Notes: a model not told the origin generated them from the sequence alone. Positions 49,001 to 57,516 are shown, counted from the first letter of the stretch. The stretch: DNA of 64,000 bases from an uncultured Akkermansia sp. (GCA_964523105.1 CAZFZN010000018.1:21786-85785); one strand, 5' to 3'. Made by a program: numbers and translations.

Positions 49001-52000
49001 TGCGGTTACCGGTTCCGCAGGAGACAATGCCATCGGTCCCGCTCCCGGAGGGAGCACAGAAATTAGCCGGTGGTGCAGCGAGGAACGAGCGGAACGACCG
49101 GACACCGGCCAACAAAAACCTCAAGCCCCGGAGGGGCGTCAGAACCTCACGCGCGCGGCGCACCTCACCGAGGAAATCCGCAGCATCCTGCACCGCGCGT
49201 CCGGCCTGGACATCAGCATGGCGGATCCGTCGGCGGAGTTCCTGGACCTTGGTTTTGACTCACTGTTTCTCACGCAGGCCAGCCTCGCGCTGAAGAAGCA
49301 CTTCGGCGTGAAGATCACCTTCCGCCAGCTCATGGAGCAGCAGCACAGTATGGCGGCTCTCGCGGCGTGGCTGGATGAAAAACTGCCGGCGGGGCAGTTC
49401 ATGCCGGCTGCTGTAGCGTGGGCATCCTGCCCACCGGCAACGGATCGGGGGCAGGATGCCCCCGCTGCTTCAACACCGGCCGCGGGTTCTGTGGAGGACC
49501 GGCTGGCGCGGATCGAGGCGGCGCTCGGCGGGCTCACCGGTGATGCGCCGCCTCAGCCTTCGCCGGCTAACGGCACTGAGGCTTTTACCGTTCGCGTCAA
49601 AGAACAGACCGGCTCCGGCGAGAAGAAGATCGCCTTCGGCCCCTTCCGTCCGATGGAGAAAACGCCTGCGGGCTCGCTCACGCCGCAGCAGCAGGCGCAT
49701 CTGGACAAGCTCATCGCCGACTACGTCGCGCGGTACCCAAAGACCCGCGCATTCACAGCGGAACACCGGCCGGTCTTCGCCGATCCGCGCGCGGTCGGAG
49801 GATTCAATCCGCTGTGGAAAGAGATGGTCTTCCCTGCCGTCACCGATCGCAGTGAAGGCGCATACCTCCATGACATTGACGGCCATCAGTGGATTGATGT
49901 CGTGCATGGATTCGGCTCCGGATTCTTTGGCCACAAACCGCCATTTGTCGTCGAAGCCATCAAGGAACAGCTCGACCGCGGCTATGAAATCGGCCCCACC
50001 TGTCCCATCGCGGGCGAAGTGGCGAAGCTGGTCTGCGAGTTTTCCGGCAAAGATCGCGTCGCTTTCTGCAATACCGGCAGCGAGGCGCTCATGGCCGCCA
50101 TTCGCGTGAGCCGCACCATCACCGGACGCGACCGCATCGCCATGTTCGCCGGCGCCTATCACGGCATCTTCGACGAAGTGCTGGCTCGCCCGCTCGTGTC
50201 GAACGGCGAGTTGCGCACCATTCCCATCGCGCCGGGCATTCCGGAGAGCGCGCAGGCGAGTATCATCGTGCTGGAATACGGCCACCCCGAGTCGCTGGAA
50301 ATCATCAAACGCCACGCGCACGAGATCGCGGCGGTGCTCGTCGAGCCGGTGCCAAGCCGGCGGCCGGACATCGCGCCGGTGGAGTTTGTGCAGGAACTGC
50401 GGCGCATCACGGCGGACGCCGGCACGGCGCTCGTGTTCGATGAAGTCGTGCTCGGCTTCCGCACGCATCCCAAAGGCGCACAGCACTTGTTCGGCATCAG
50501 TGCGGATCTTGTCAGCTATGGCAAAGTCATCGGCGGCGGCATGCCGCTGGGTGTGCTGGCGGGCACGAGCCGGTTCATGGACGCGCTGGACGGCGGGCAG
50601 TGGCAATACGGCGACGACAGCGCGCCGGAAGTCGGAGTCACGTTCTTTGCGGGCACCTTCATCCGCCACCCGCTCACCATGGCCGCCGCGCGCGCGGTGC
50701 TGCACAGGCTCAAAGCCGAAGGCCCGGCGCTCCAGGCGGACAATGACGCGAAGGCGGCGCGCTTTGTGGATAAGTTGAATGGGCTGTTCGCGGAACTCGG
50801 CGTGCCGGTGGTCGTGTCGCGCTACAGCAGCCTGTGGATGCTGCACCCCGAGCCGTCGCTGAAGCATTTCAGCCTGTTGTTCTATCATCTGCGGCTGCGC
50901 GGAGTACACATCTGGGAAGGGCGAGGGAACTTCGTGAGCCTGGCGCACACGGAGGCAGATTTAGAGAAAGTGCTCGCTGCATTCCGCGAGAGCATCCTCG
51001 CGCTGCAAGCCGGGGGCTTCCTGCCCGGCGGTGCGCCTCAGCCGGTGGTCGTTCCGACGACGCCGGCGCAGCGCGAAATGTTCCTGCAGTCGCAACTCAG
51101 TGCCGATGCCTCGCTGGCTTGCCACGAGAGCCTGACTCTGAAGCTCACTGGCCCGGTGGATGCGGAGCGGGTCGCGCGCGTGCTGGAGCAAATCGCCGGG
51201 CGTCATGATGCGCTGCGCGGCAGTTTCAGTGCAGATGGCATGATGATGACGGTGGCTGCGAAAGCAGCGTGGCCGCTACGCGTGGTGGACAGCGCTGCGG
51301 AGCAGTGCGCGGAGGAGGATTTTCTGAAGCCGTTCGATCTGAGCACCGGCCCGCTGGTGCGCGCGACGCTCGTCCGCGGCCCAGCCGCCGTGGACTGCTC
51401 CAACTTGTTGGAGCCTTCGGCAGCGGCGACTCGTCGCCGGGAGAGCGGCTCAGCGAACGGAGACAACTTCCATCATCGGAACGGCGCGAATGGGACTGCG
51501 CCTGAGCGAACGGGCGTGAAACCCCGGCAACAAGTTGCCGCAGCCGAAAGGCTGAGACAAGTCTCAGCAGTCCAGGGCGGCTCCGCTGCACTCATTCTGA
51601 CGGCGCATCACATTGTGTGCGATGGCTGGTCGTTCGGCGTGGTGGTGGAGGAATTTTGCCGGCTCTATGCGGAGGAAGGTGGGGCCGCCGGCCCGGCGGC
51701 ATCCTATGCCTCCTATGCCGTGGAGGATGCGGAGCGCCGGAAGTCGCCGGAGCATGCGGAGCAACTGGCATGGTGGAGGAACAAGTTCACCAGCGTGCCG
51801 GCACCGCTGGCGCTGCCGGCGGATCGCCCGCGTGCTGCTGCGCCGCGCTATGAGTCGGCGATGACGCATCGCGACCTTCCGGCGCAACTCACCGCGCGGC
51901 TGCATCAATTTTGCGCGGAGCGGAAAGTGACACCGTATCACGTCGCGCTGGCGGCATTTCGCGTTCTCGTGGGGCGGCTGAGCGGACAGAATGAATTCGT

Positions 52001-55000
52001 CATCGGCACGCCATCGGCGGCGCAGATTTCGCGGGACTTGCCTGACTTGGTCGGGCATTGCGTGCAGTTCCTGCCGCTGCGTCTTTCTCACGCCGCAGAG
52101 GACACGGGCGAGACTTTGCTCGCCAGCACGCGAAATGAAGTGCTCGATTCGTCGGAGAACGATGGGGTGACCTTTGGCGAAGTTCTGGAGCAGTTGCCGC
52201 AGTTGTCCGCGGCGGCGCGGCGCGGGCTGGTGCCGGTGAGTTTTTCGTTCGAGACCATGCCGCAGCCGGTGTCGTTCGCGGGGATCAGCGGCACGGTGGA
52301 GATGAATGCCAAGCGGCGGCTGTCGTTCGAGGCGAGCTTCTACGTGCAGCACAGCGACGCGGCGATTCGCCTTGTATGCGCATGGCAGACGGCGCTGTTC
52401 GATGAAGCGACCATTGAGCGCTGGCTGGGCCACTACTGCACGGTGCTGGACGCACTGATCTCTGCGCCGGCGGCTCCGGTTTCCAGGCTGCCACTGCTGA
52501 CAGCGGCAGAGCGCGAGTCGCTGCTGCATGGATTCTCGTCAGACGTAAAAGTTCCGGCGAACGAGCGGTGTCTGCATACCTGGTTTGAGGACATAGCGGC
52601 GAAGTTCCAGAGTCGTGTGGCGGTGAATGGCGGCGGGATGGCGCTGACTTATGCGGAACTGAATGCGCAGGCGAACCGCCTCGCGCACCGGCTGCGCGCG
52701 ATGGGCGTGACGCGCGAGTCGCTGGTGGGGATTTGTCTGGAGCGCACGCCGCTGATGCTGGTGGCGGTGCTCGGGATTTTGAAAGCGGGCGGGGCTTATG
52801 TGCCCATTGATCTGAGCTATCCGGCGGAGCGGCTGGCGTTTATGCTGGAGGATGCGGCGGCGCCGGTGCTGGTGACGCAGAGTTCTTTGGAGGGGCGAGT
52901 GCCGGAGACGAAGGTGCGGGTGGTGCTGGTGGATGAGGCCTATAGACCGGATATGGCCTGTGAGGCGCATGCGAATCCACCCTGCGTGAACGATAAACAC
53001 GATGCGGCCTATGTGATCTACACCAGCGGCAGCACCGGAAAGCCGAAGGGCTGCGTGGTGACGCACCACAATGTAACGCGGCTCATGCGCGGCACAGAGC
53101 ACTGGTATGGCTTTGGGCCGGAGGATGTGTGGACGCTCTTTCACAGCATTGCGTTCGATTTCAGTGTTTGGGAAATCTGGGGCGCACTGCTCTACGGCGG
53201 GCGCGTGGTGGTGGTTCCGTTTGAAGTGAGCCGCTCACCGGATGAATTCCGTTCGCTGCTTTCCAGTGAAAACGTGACGGTGCTGAATCAGACGCCGAGC
53301 GCGTTCCGGCAACTTATCCGGGCGGACGAGCGCGCCACGACACCGCTGGCGCTGCATTACGTGATCTTCGGCGGCGAGGCGCTGGAAATGGAGAGTCTGC
53401 GCCCGTGGTTTGCGCTCCACGGGGATGAGAAGCCGCGCCTTGTTAACATGTACGGCATCACCGAGACGACGGTGCATGTGACTTACCGGGCGCTCAGCAT
53501 GAACGATCTCGCGGGCGGCAGTGTTATTGGCGAGCCGATCCCCGATTTGCAGGTGTATGTGCTGGACCCGGTAACGCTGGAGCCTCAGCCGATTGGCGTG
53601 TGCGGCGAGATGTATGTCGGCGGCGACGGGTTGGCGCGGGGGTATTTGAACAGGGATACGCTGACTGCGGAGAGGTTTCCGGCGATGGAATCGTGGCGTG
53701 GACCTCTGCTTCACGAGGATACCATAGACGGGGAACGGAGGTCCCCGCGACGGCTTTACAGAACCGGCGACCTCGCACGGCGGCTGGCGAATGGCGATCT
53801 GGAGTATCTGGGGCGCATTGACCACCAGGTGAAGATCCGCGGCTTCCGCATCGAGTTGGGGGAAATCGAGAGCGTGTTGAACACCCATGCTGCGGTGCGT
53901 GAGTCCGCGGTGTTCCCTCAAATGCATAATGGCGAGCAGCGGCTCGTGGCGTGGCTCGTCGCAAAGAACACGCCGCCCACGCACAACGAATTGCGCGCGC
54001 ATCTCTTGGCGAAGCTGCCGGACTACATGGTGCCGTCGGCGTTCGTGGTGATGGAGAAGTTTCCGCTCACCACCAATGGCAAACTCGACCGCGCGGCACT
54101 GCCGTCGCCGGAGAATGCGGCGCTCGCGGTGGCGGCGGAGACGTTCATCGCGCCGGAGGGCGAGCGCGAGACGAAGCTGGCGGCGATCTGGGAGAGCGTG
54201 CTCGGGCGCAATCAGATCGGGCGCGAGTCGGACTTCTTCGCCGTCGGCGGCACTTCGCTGAATGCGCTGTCGGTCATGGAGCGCGTGCATCGCGAATTCG
54301 GCGTGAAGCTGCCGCTGGGCGTGATGTTTGAATCGCCGCGGCTCAGCGAATTTGCCGCGCGCATTGAAGTTGCGGCGCTGGAGCCGGCGAGTCATTCACC
54401 CATCACGTGCATTCAGCCGGAGGGCGACGGCACGCCGCTTTTCCTGCTGCACGGCGGTGACGGCGGCGCTCTTTTTTACCGCAACCTGCTGCCGAAGCTG
54501 GGCCGCGCGCATCCGGTATGGGTCATCGAATCGCCGGCCATCACCGACGACGCCTGGCTGCTGGCGCGGCACAGCATTGAGTCGTGTGCCGTGGAGTATT
54601 TGAAACTCATCCGCAGCGTGTATCCGTCAGGCCCGGTGATCGTCGGCGGCTACAGCTATGGCGGCGTGGTGGCGTATGAGCTGTGCCAACTGCTGCGCGA
54701 GCAGGGCGGCGAGGCGGAGATGCTGCTGCTCTTCGACACCGAGAATCCGGCGAACGGCCCGCGCGAGTACAGTCTCACCGAACGCATCGCCGCCGGCTGG
54801 CGACTGGGCGGCAGCGGCGTCGGCAGCAAGATCAAGCACCTCGCCAGCCGCTTTAGCGAAGGCCTGCGCAGCAAAGGCAAACACGACGCCACCGTCGCGG
54901 AAGTGCGCAAGCTCACCGACGCAGGCCGCGTGGCCGACACCGCCGAATTGCGCACCGCGCAAATCCACGAGACGCATGTGGACGCGCTGAATGCCTGGGA

Positions 55001-55226
55001 GCCTGAATTCTACGACGGCCCGGCGGTGCTGTTCCGAACCGATGCGATCAGCGACAAGTACGAGCGCACCGAGGACTACAACTGGCGCGCCACCACGCCT
55101 TCTTTGAAAATCGTGCGCGTGGGCGGCGATCACCTTGTGCTTTTTGAAGAGCCGTGGGTCAGTGTGCTGGCGGAGAAACTGCACCTTGAACTGGACGCTC
55201 TGCGCACCGAAGCGGCGACGCTATGA
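46074..55226 (+). CDS. Hybrid PKS-NRPS megasynthase, domain order KS-AT-ACP-aminotransferase-C-A-T-TE
   Basis: KS has Cys 46605 ('TACSTS'), 'EGHGTATPIGD' and 'KSNTGHMDAASG'. AT has 'GHSIGE' (Ser 48033) and 'HAFH' (48321-48332). ACP has 'LGFDSL' (Ser 49260). The class-III aminotransferase has 'CNTGSEALMAAIRVSR', 'FDEVVLGFR' and 'YGKVIGGG' (Lys 50523). C has 'HHIVCDG' at 51606-51626. A has 'TSGSTGKPKG' at 53022-53051 and 'FDFSVWE' at 53154-53174. T has 'GGTS' (Ser 54255). TE has 'GYSYGG' (Ser 54654) and 'GGDH'. The start was chosen at ATG 46074 ('MPAETDTPLDGIAIVGMAGRFPGA'). Confidence 0.92.
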   Translation: MPAETDTPLDGIAIVGMAGRFPGAPDIDAFWRVLTEGRETITTFDRSTLPAEEPANDADYVPRRGILEKPEWFDAAFFNIAPREAEVMDPQQRVFLELAWHALENAGCDPQQFAGSIGVFAGMSNNSWLQHRVLPNRELRQQVGYENAMICNEKDYLATRTAYKLNLRGPALNIYTACSTSLVAVCQAVQALQSFQCDAALAGGISIKWPQERGFTAQEGSIYSPDGHCRPYDAAATGTVFSNGAGVVVLKRLEDAVRDGDHIWAVIKGAALNNDGADKVSFTAPSVDGHAEVISLAYALAGFEPDTIGYVEGHGTATPIGDPIEVAGLTKAFRQGTERTNFCGLGSLKSNTGHMDAASGVAGLIKATLAVHHAKLPPTLHFKSPNPALMLETTPFFVVDKLQDWKSNGPRRAGVSSFGVGGTNAHVALEQAPATVAQASSLCGVSAGFQPAEASAGWKPAQNVTARMAVLPLSARSPAALDSICENLAAWLETQDARLADVAWTLQTGRRSFPHRRVIVAANKLEAIAHLRAKAAAVKQDRSNVPVVFIFPGQGAQHLRMGAGTYAAEPVFREAFDQCADLFASHGIDLHALLKVAGAASPQSEDSGLEARATDAAALNETRHTQPALFAVEYALAVLLTSWGFKPAGMLGHSIGEYVAATLAGTFFLEDAVKLVAARGRIMFAQPAGSMLAVRLPEAEVAAKLPATLDIATINGPGNTVVAGPTDDITAFAAVLEKDGISATVLKTSHAFHSRMMDGALEEFRAAFEGITLREPETPWISNVSGKTITAADATSPDYWVRHLRNAVRFADGIAALTAEGPCVFIEYGPGTSFAPLIRQHPAAKDCECVSLFPPAKDEGTGEHRVLLAGIGRLWMAGVTIDWKALHSGPRSKVPLPGYPFERQRFCPDVALPAGTQRDGEGWLIYPDTMAGDLSRPSGAEQNLVGGISGGSASLHHRLISDGPPGLQSISASRAAAVTGSAGDNAIGPAPGGSTEISRWCSEERAERPDTGQQKPQAPEGRQNLTRAAHLTEEIRSILHRASGLDISMADPSAEFLDLGFDSLFLTQASLALKKHFGVKITFRQLMEQQHSMAALAAWLDEKLPAGQFMPAAVAWASCPPATDRGQDAPAASTPAAGSVEDRLARIEAALGGLTGDAPPQPSPANGTEAFTVRVKEQTGSGEKKIAFGPFRPMEKTPAGSLTPQQQAHLDKLIADYVARYPKTRAFTAEHRPVFADPRAVGGFNPLWKEMVFPAVTDRSEGAYLHDIDGHQWIDVVHGFGSGFFGHKPPFVVEAIKEQLDRGYEIGPTCPIAGEVAKLVCEFSGKDRVAFCNTGSEALMAAIRVSRTITGRDRIAMFAGAYHGIFDEVLARPLVSNGELRTIPIAPGIPESAQASIIVLEYGHPESLEIIKRHAHEIAAVLVEPVPSRRPDIAPVEFVQELRRITADAGTALVFDEVVLGFRTHPKGAQHLFGISADLVSYGKVIGGGMPLGVLAGTSRFMDALDGGQWQYGDDSAPEVGVTFFAGTFIRHPLTMAAARAVLHRLKAEGPALQADNDAKAARFVDKLNGLFAELGVPVVVSRYSSLWMLHPEPSLKHFSLLFYHLRLRGVHIWEGRGNFVSLAHTEADLEKVLAAFRESILALQAGGFLPGGAPQPVVVPTTPAQREMFLQSQLSADASLACHESLTLKLTGPVDAERVARVLEQIAGRHDALRGSFSADGMMMTVAAKAAWPLRVVDSAAEQCAEEDFLKPFDLSTGPLVRATLVRGPAAVDCSNLLEPSAAATRRRESGSANGDNFHHRNGANGTAPERTGVKPRQQVAAAERLRQVSAVQGGSAALILTAHHIVCDGWSFGVVVEEFCRLYAEEGGAAGPAASYASYAVEDAERRKSPEHAEQLAWWRNKFTSVPAPLALPADRPRAAAPRYESAMTHRDLPAQLTARLHQFCAERKVTPYHVALAAFRVLVGRLSGQNEFVIGTPSAAQISRDLPDLVGHCVQFLPLRLSHAAEDTGETLLASTRNEVLDSSENDGVTFGEVLEQLPQLSAAARRGLVPVSFSFETMPQPVSFAGISGTVEMNAKRRLSFEASFYVQHSDAAIRLVCAWQTALFDEATIERWLGHYCTVLDALISAPAAPVSRLPLLTAAERESLLHGFSSDVKVPANERCLHTWFEDIAAKFQSRVAVNGGGMALTYAELNAQANRLAHRLRAMGVTRESLVGICLERTPLMLVAVLGILKAGGAYVPIDLSYPAERLAFMLEDAAAPVLVTQSSLEGRVPETKVRVVLVDEAYRPDMACEAHANPPCVNDKHDAAYVIYTSGSTGKPKGCVVTHHNVTRLMRGTEHWYGFGPEDVWTLFHSIAFDFSVWEIWGALLYGGRVVVVPFEVSRSPDEFRSLLSSENVTVLNQTPSAFRQLIRADERATTPLALHYVIFGGEALEMESLRPWFALHGDEKPRLVNMYGITETTVHVTYRALSMNDLAGGSVIGEPIPDLQVYVLDPVTLEPQPIGVCGEMYVGGDGLARGYLNRDTLTAERFPAMESWRGPLLHEDTIDGERRSPRRLYRTGDLARRLANGDLEYLGRIDHQVKIRGFRIELGEIESVLNTHAAVRESAVFPQMHNGEQRLVAWLVAKNTPPTHNELRAHLLAKLPDYMVPSAFVVMEKFPLTTNGKLDRAALPSPENAALAVAAETFIAPEGERETKLAAIWESVLGRNQIGRESDFFAVGGTSLNALSVMERVHREFGVKLPLGVMFESPRLSEFAARIEVAALEPASHSPITCIQPEGDGTPLFLLHGGDGGALFYRNLLPKLGRAHPVWVIESPAITDDAWLLARHSIESCAVEYLKLIRSVYPSGPVIVGGYSYGGVVAYELCQLLREQGGEAEMLLLFDTENPANGPREYSLTERIAAGWRLGGSGVGSKIKHLASRFSEGLRSKGKHDATVAEVRKLTDAGRVADTAELRTAQIHETHVDALNAWEPEFYDGPAVLFRTDAISDKYERTEDYNWRATTPSLKIVRVGGDHLVLFEEPWVSVLAEKLHLELDALRTEAATL
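47382..47489 (+). repeat. Copy 2 of the ~110-nt palindromic element, in frame in the KS-AT linker
   Basis: It contains a perfect 17-bp inverted repeat GCGGGCTTCCAGCCTGC (47412-47428) / GCAGGCTGGAAGCCCGC (47439-47455). A second hairpin CACAGCC-AGGAT-GGCTGTG follows. It is translated as 'AQASSLCGVSAGFQPAEASAGWKPAQNVTARMAVLP'. Confidence 0.75.
48879..49138. repeat. Two inverted copies of a ~93-nt element forming a ~260-bp palindrome, in frame in the AT-ACP linker
   Basis: The reverse complement of the left arm (48879-48971) aligns with the right arm (49044-49138). The aligned strings are 'cccggagggccgtcagatattagccggtggtggagcgaagcggaac...agccccggaggggcg' and 'cccggagggagcacagaaattagccggtggtgcagcgaggaacgagcggaac...agccccggaggggcg'. 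The spacer is 72 bp. Confidence 0.75.
49420..49461. repeat. 13-bp perfect inverted repeat (GGGCATCCTGCCC / GGGCAGGATGCCC), in frame in the ACP-aminotransferase linker
   Basis: The arms lie at 49420-49432 and 49449-49461 with a 16-nt loop. It is translated as 'WASCPPATDRGQDAP'. Confidence 0.7.
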
Positions 55227-55927
55227 ATGCACCTCCGGAGCCGGTTTGGTCTGCACTCTGGTGCGGAGTGGACCTGCGCGTCTTCACCACGGGCGGGGAC
55301 TCGCGGCTTTTACTCGATGCTGCCGCAAGTGTGTTGAGCGGCGACGAGCAGGAACGGGCGGCACGGTTTCACTTTCAGAATGACCGCGAACGCTGGATGC
55401 GCTCACGGGCGCTGCTGCGTCTGGTGCTGGGCGAGAGGCTGGGCCTGAATGCGCAGGCACTGGAGTTCAAAACCGGAACGTATGGGAAGCCCTCACTGAA
55501 CAGGCAGGGGGACAGGATGTCCCCGCTGCACTTCAATCTCTCGCACTCGGGTGAATATGCAGCAGTGGCCGTATCGGAGCAGCCAGTGGGCGTGGATATT
55601 GAATCCTGGAATCCCGGCCTCGACGTGCATGAGATCGCGGGCTTTTCTTTTCATAGCGATGAGGCGGAGGCCGTGCGCCACAGTTCGGAACCGGAGCGGC
55701 TGTTCCGGCAGCTCTGGACAGCCAAGGAAGCGGTGATGAAGTGCCACGGCCAGGGCATGCAGATTGCCCCTCGCAGCGTGCGGCTTGAATTCCGGGAAGG
55801 GTTTCCGGCAGCGGCGGAACGAATGGATTTCGATCCGGAGGACTTCCCGGACTGGACGAAACACTTCCAGCTGACATCCCATGAGATGCCGGGGCAATGG
55901 ACGCTCGCGGCTGCATTGCCGGCGTGA
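55223..55927 (+). CDS. 4'-phosphopantetheinyl transferase (Sfp type)
   Basis: 'PVGVDIESW' and 'LWTAKEAVMKCHG'. The start overlaps the megasynthase stop (ATGA 55223-55226). Confidence 0.88.
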   Translation: MNAPPEPVWSALWCGVDLRVFTTGGDSRLLLDAAASVLSGDEQERAARFHFQNDRERWMRSRALLRLVLGERLGLNAQALEFKTGTYGKPSLNRQGDRMSPLHFNLSHSGEYAAVAVSEQPVGVDIESWNPGLDVHEIAGFSFHSDEAEAVRHSSEPERLFRQLWTAKEAVMKCHGQGMQIAPRSVRLEFREGFPAAAERMDFDPEDFPDWTKHFQLTSHEMPGQWTLAAALPA

Positions 55928-56014
55928 AGACACGGGAGCGGTGGCCCGGCTGCTCCTGCTCTCCCGATGGAGCGGGCGTGACAAACCGGCGGCAGCGTGT
56001 AGGAGAGGCGGCCT

Positions 56015-57355
56015 ATGAAACTCACCTTCGTTTTTCTTCCACTCGCGTGCTCCGCCTTCGCTGCCATCGGCGCGCCCAACGCCGCCGGCACACTCCCGCA
56101 GAACGGACGCCTTGCTGTCGTGGGCGATTCCATCACCGAGCAAAAGCAATACTCGAAATTCATCGAAGCCTACATCGTCGCGTGCAGCGGGCGTTCGGAC
56201 GTGCGCGTGTTTCAGTTTGGCTGGAGCGGGGAGCGGGCGGATGGTTTTGCGGCGCGGGCGGCGAATGATCTCGCGGTGTTCCAGCCGACGACGGTGACTC
56301 TTTGCTACGGCATGAACGACGGGAGTTATCAGCCCTTCAATGACCAGATTGGCGGCGCGTACGAGAAGAACATGCGCCGGGTGCTGACGACGCTCAAGGA
56401 AATCGGCGTGAAGCATGTCGTGGTCGGCTCGCCGGGCGCGGTGGATACGTTTTTCTTCAAGCGCGACAACTTTGCGCCGAAGTCGGGCGCCGACGGCTAC
56501 AATGACAATCTGCGGCAGCTCGGCGGTATCGGAAAGAAACTCGCGGGAGAATTCGGTCAGCTGTTCGCGGACGTGCATCAGCCGATGATTGACGCGATGC
56601 TCAAGGCGAAGCCCGTGCTCGGCGAAAAGTACGACGTGTGCGGCGGCGACGGCTTCCATCCGAATGCGAACGGGCACCTCGTGATGGCGCAGGCGTTTCT
56701 CAAAGGTCTCGGCTGCGATGGCGACATCGGCACCATCACAGTGGACCTGAACGGAGCCGCACAGGCGACCGATGGCCACAAAGTCTTGAGCAGCGCGGCG
56801 GGTTCGGTGGAGTTGGAGAGCACGCGCTATCCGTTCTGTTTTCAGGGCGATGAGAAGTCGTCCGGCGGCACCCGGAGCATTGCGCCGTTCATTCCCTTCA
56901 ATGCGGAACTGAACCGACTCGTTCTCAAAGTGGCGAATCTGAACGAAGCGCAGGCAAAGGTGGAATGGGGCGGCCGGACGAAGAGATTCTCCAAAGAGCA
57001 ACTGGCGGCGGGCATCAATCTGGCGGCCGAGTTTGCCGGCGCGACGCCGTTCGATGCCGCCTTCGGTGAGTATCTGAACCGCGTGGGCCAGAAGCAAAAC
57101 TACGAGACCCTGCTCATCAAACAGCTCGTGACCAATTTCCGCCATTTCGGCGGCGTGGCGCAGGAGGACAAAGAGGTGGCGGCGGCATTCGAAACGCTGC
57201 GCGCGAAACTCGGAGCGCACCAGAAGGTGCTCGACGACAAGGCGCGTGAGGCCCTGCAGCCGGTGAAGCATTCCATCAAGGTTACGCCGCTGGGAGCGGC
57301 GGAGCTGGAGGCTGAAGCTCGATTTGGCAGGGAAATCGGAAAAGGGGAGAAGTGA
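56015..57355 (+). CDS. Secreted SGNH/GDSL-family hydrolase with extra C-terminal domain
   Basis: Signal peptide 'FLPLACSAFAAIGA'; block I 'LAVVGDSITEQ'; block III 'CYGMNDG'; block V 'GGDGFHPNANGH'. Confidence 0.82.
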   Translation: MKLTFVFLPLACSAFAAIGAPNAAGTLPQNGRLAVVGDSITEQKQYSKFIEAYIVACSGRSDVRVFQFGWSGERADGFAARAANDLAVFQPTTVTLCYGMNDGSYQPFNDQIGGAYEKNMRRVLTTLKEIGVKHVVVGSPGAVDTFFFKRDNFAPKSGADGYNDNLRQLGGIGKKLAGEFGQLFADVHQPMIDAMLKAKPVLGEKYDVCGGDGFHPNANGHLVMAQAFLKGLGCDGDIGTITVDLNGAAQATDGHKVLSSAAGSVELESTRYPFCFQGDEKSSGGTRSIAPFIPFNAELNRLVLKVANLNEAQAKVEWGGRTKRFSKEQLAAGINLAAEFAGATPFDAAFGEYLNRVGQKQNYETLLIKQLVTNFRHFGGVAQEDKEVAAAFETLRAKLGAHQKVLDDKAREALQPVKHSIKVTPLGAAELEAEARFGREIGKGEK

Positions 57356-57440
57356 AACCCCGCCCTCCATCATTTCCCTTGCCGCCGGAGCGGCGTCATC
57401 CACAATGCCCGCGCACCGCAAGGCGGTGACAAGCCGGACC

Positions 57441-57516
57441 GGGGGTATAGCTCAGTTGGTAGAGCGTCTCGTTCGCAATGAGAAGGTCAGGGGTTCGAAT
57501 CCCCTTACCTCCACCA
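57441..57516 (+). tRNA. tRNA-Ala (anticodon CGC)
   Basis: Manual cloverleaf. The acceptor is GGGGGTA/TACCTCC with G3:U70 (the Ala identity pair). The D-arm is GCTCAGTTGGTAGAGC. The anticodon stem is TCTCG/TGAGA with loop TTCGCAA (anticodon CGC). The T-arm is AGGGG-TTCGAAT-CCCCT. CCA is encoded. Confidence 0.93.

Noticed and set aside
55493-57421. 642-aa minus-strand ORF covering the PPTase and SGNH region. The same applies to the 756-aa minus-strand ORF at 60765-63035.
   Set aside because: The plus-strand ORFs have family motifs (GVDIE/WTAKEA, GDSI...DGFHPN, HAD motif I) and signal peptides. The minus-strand ORFs have none and overlap several plus-strand genes.
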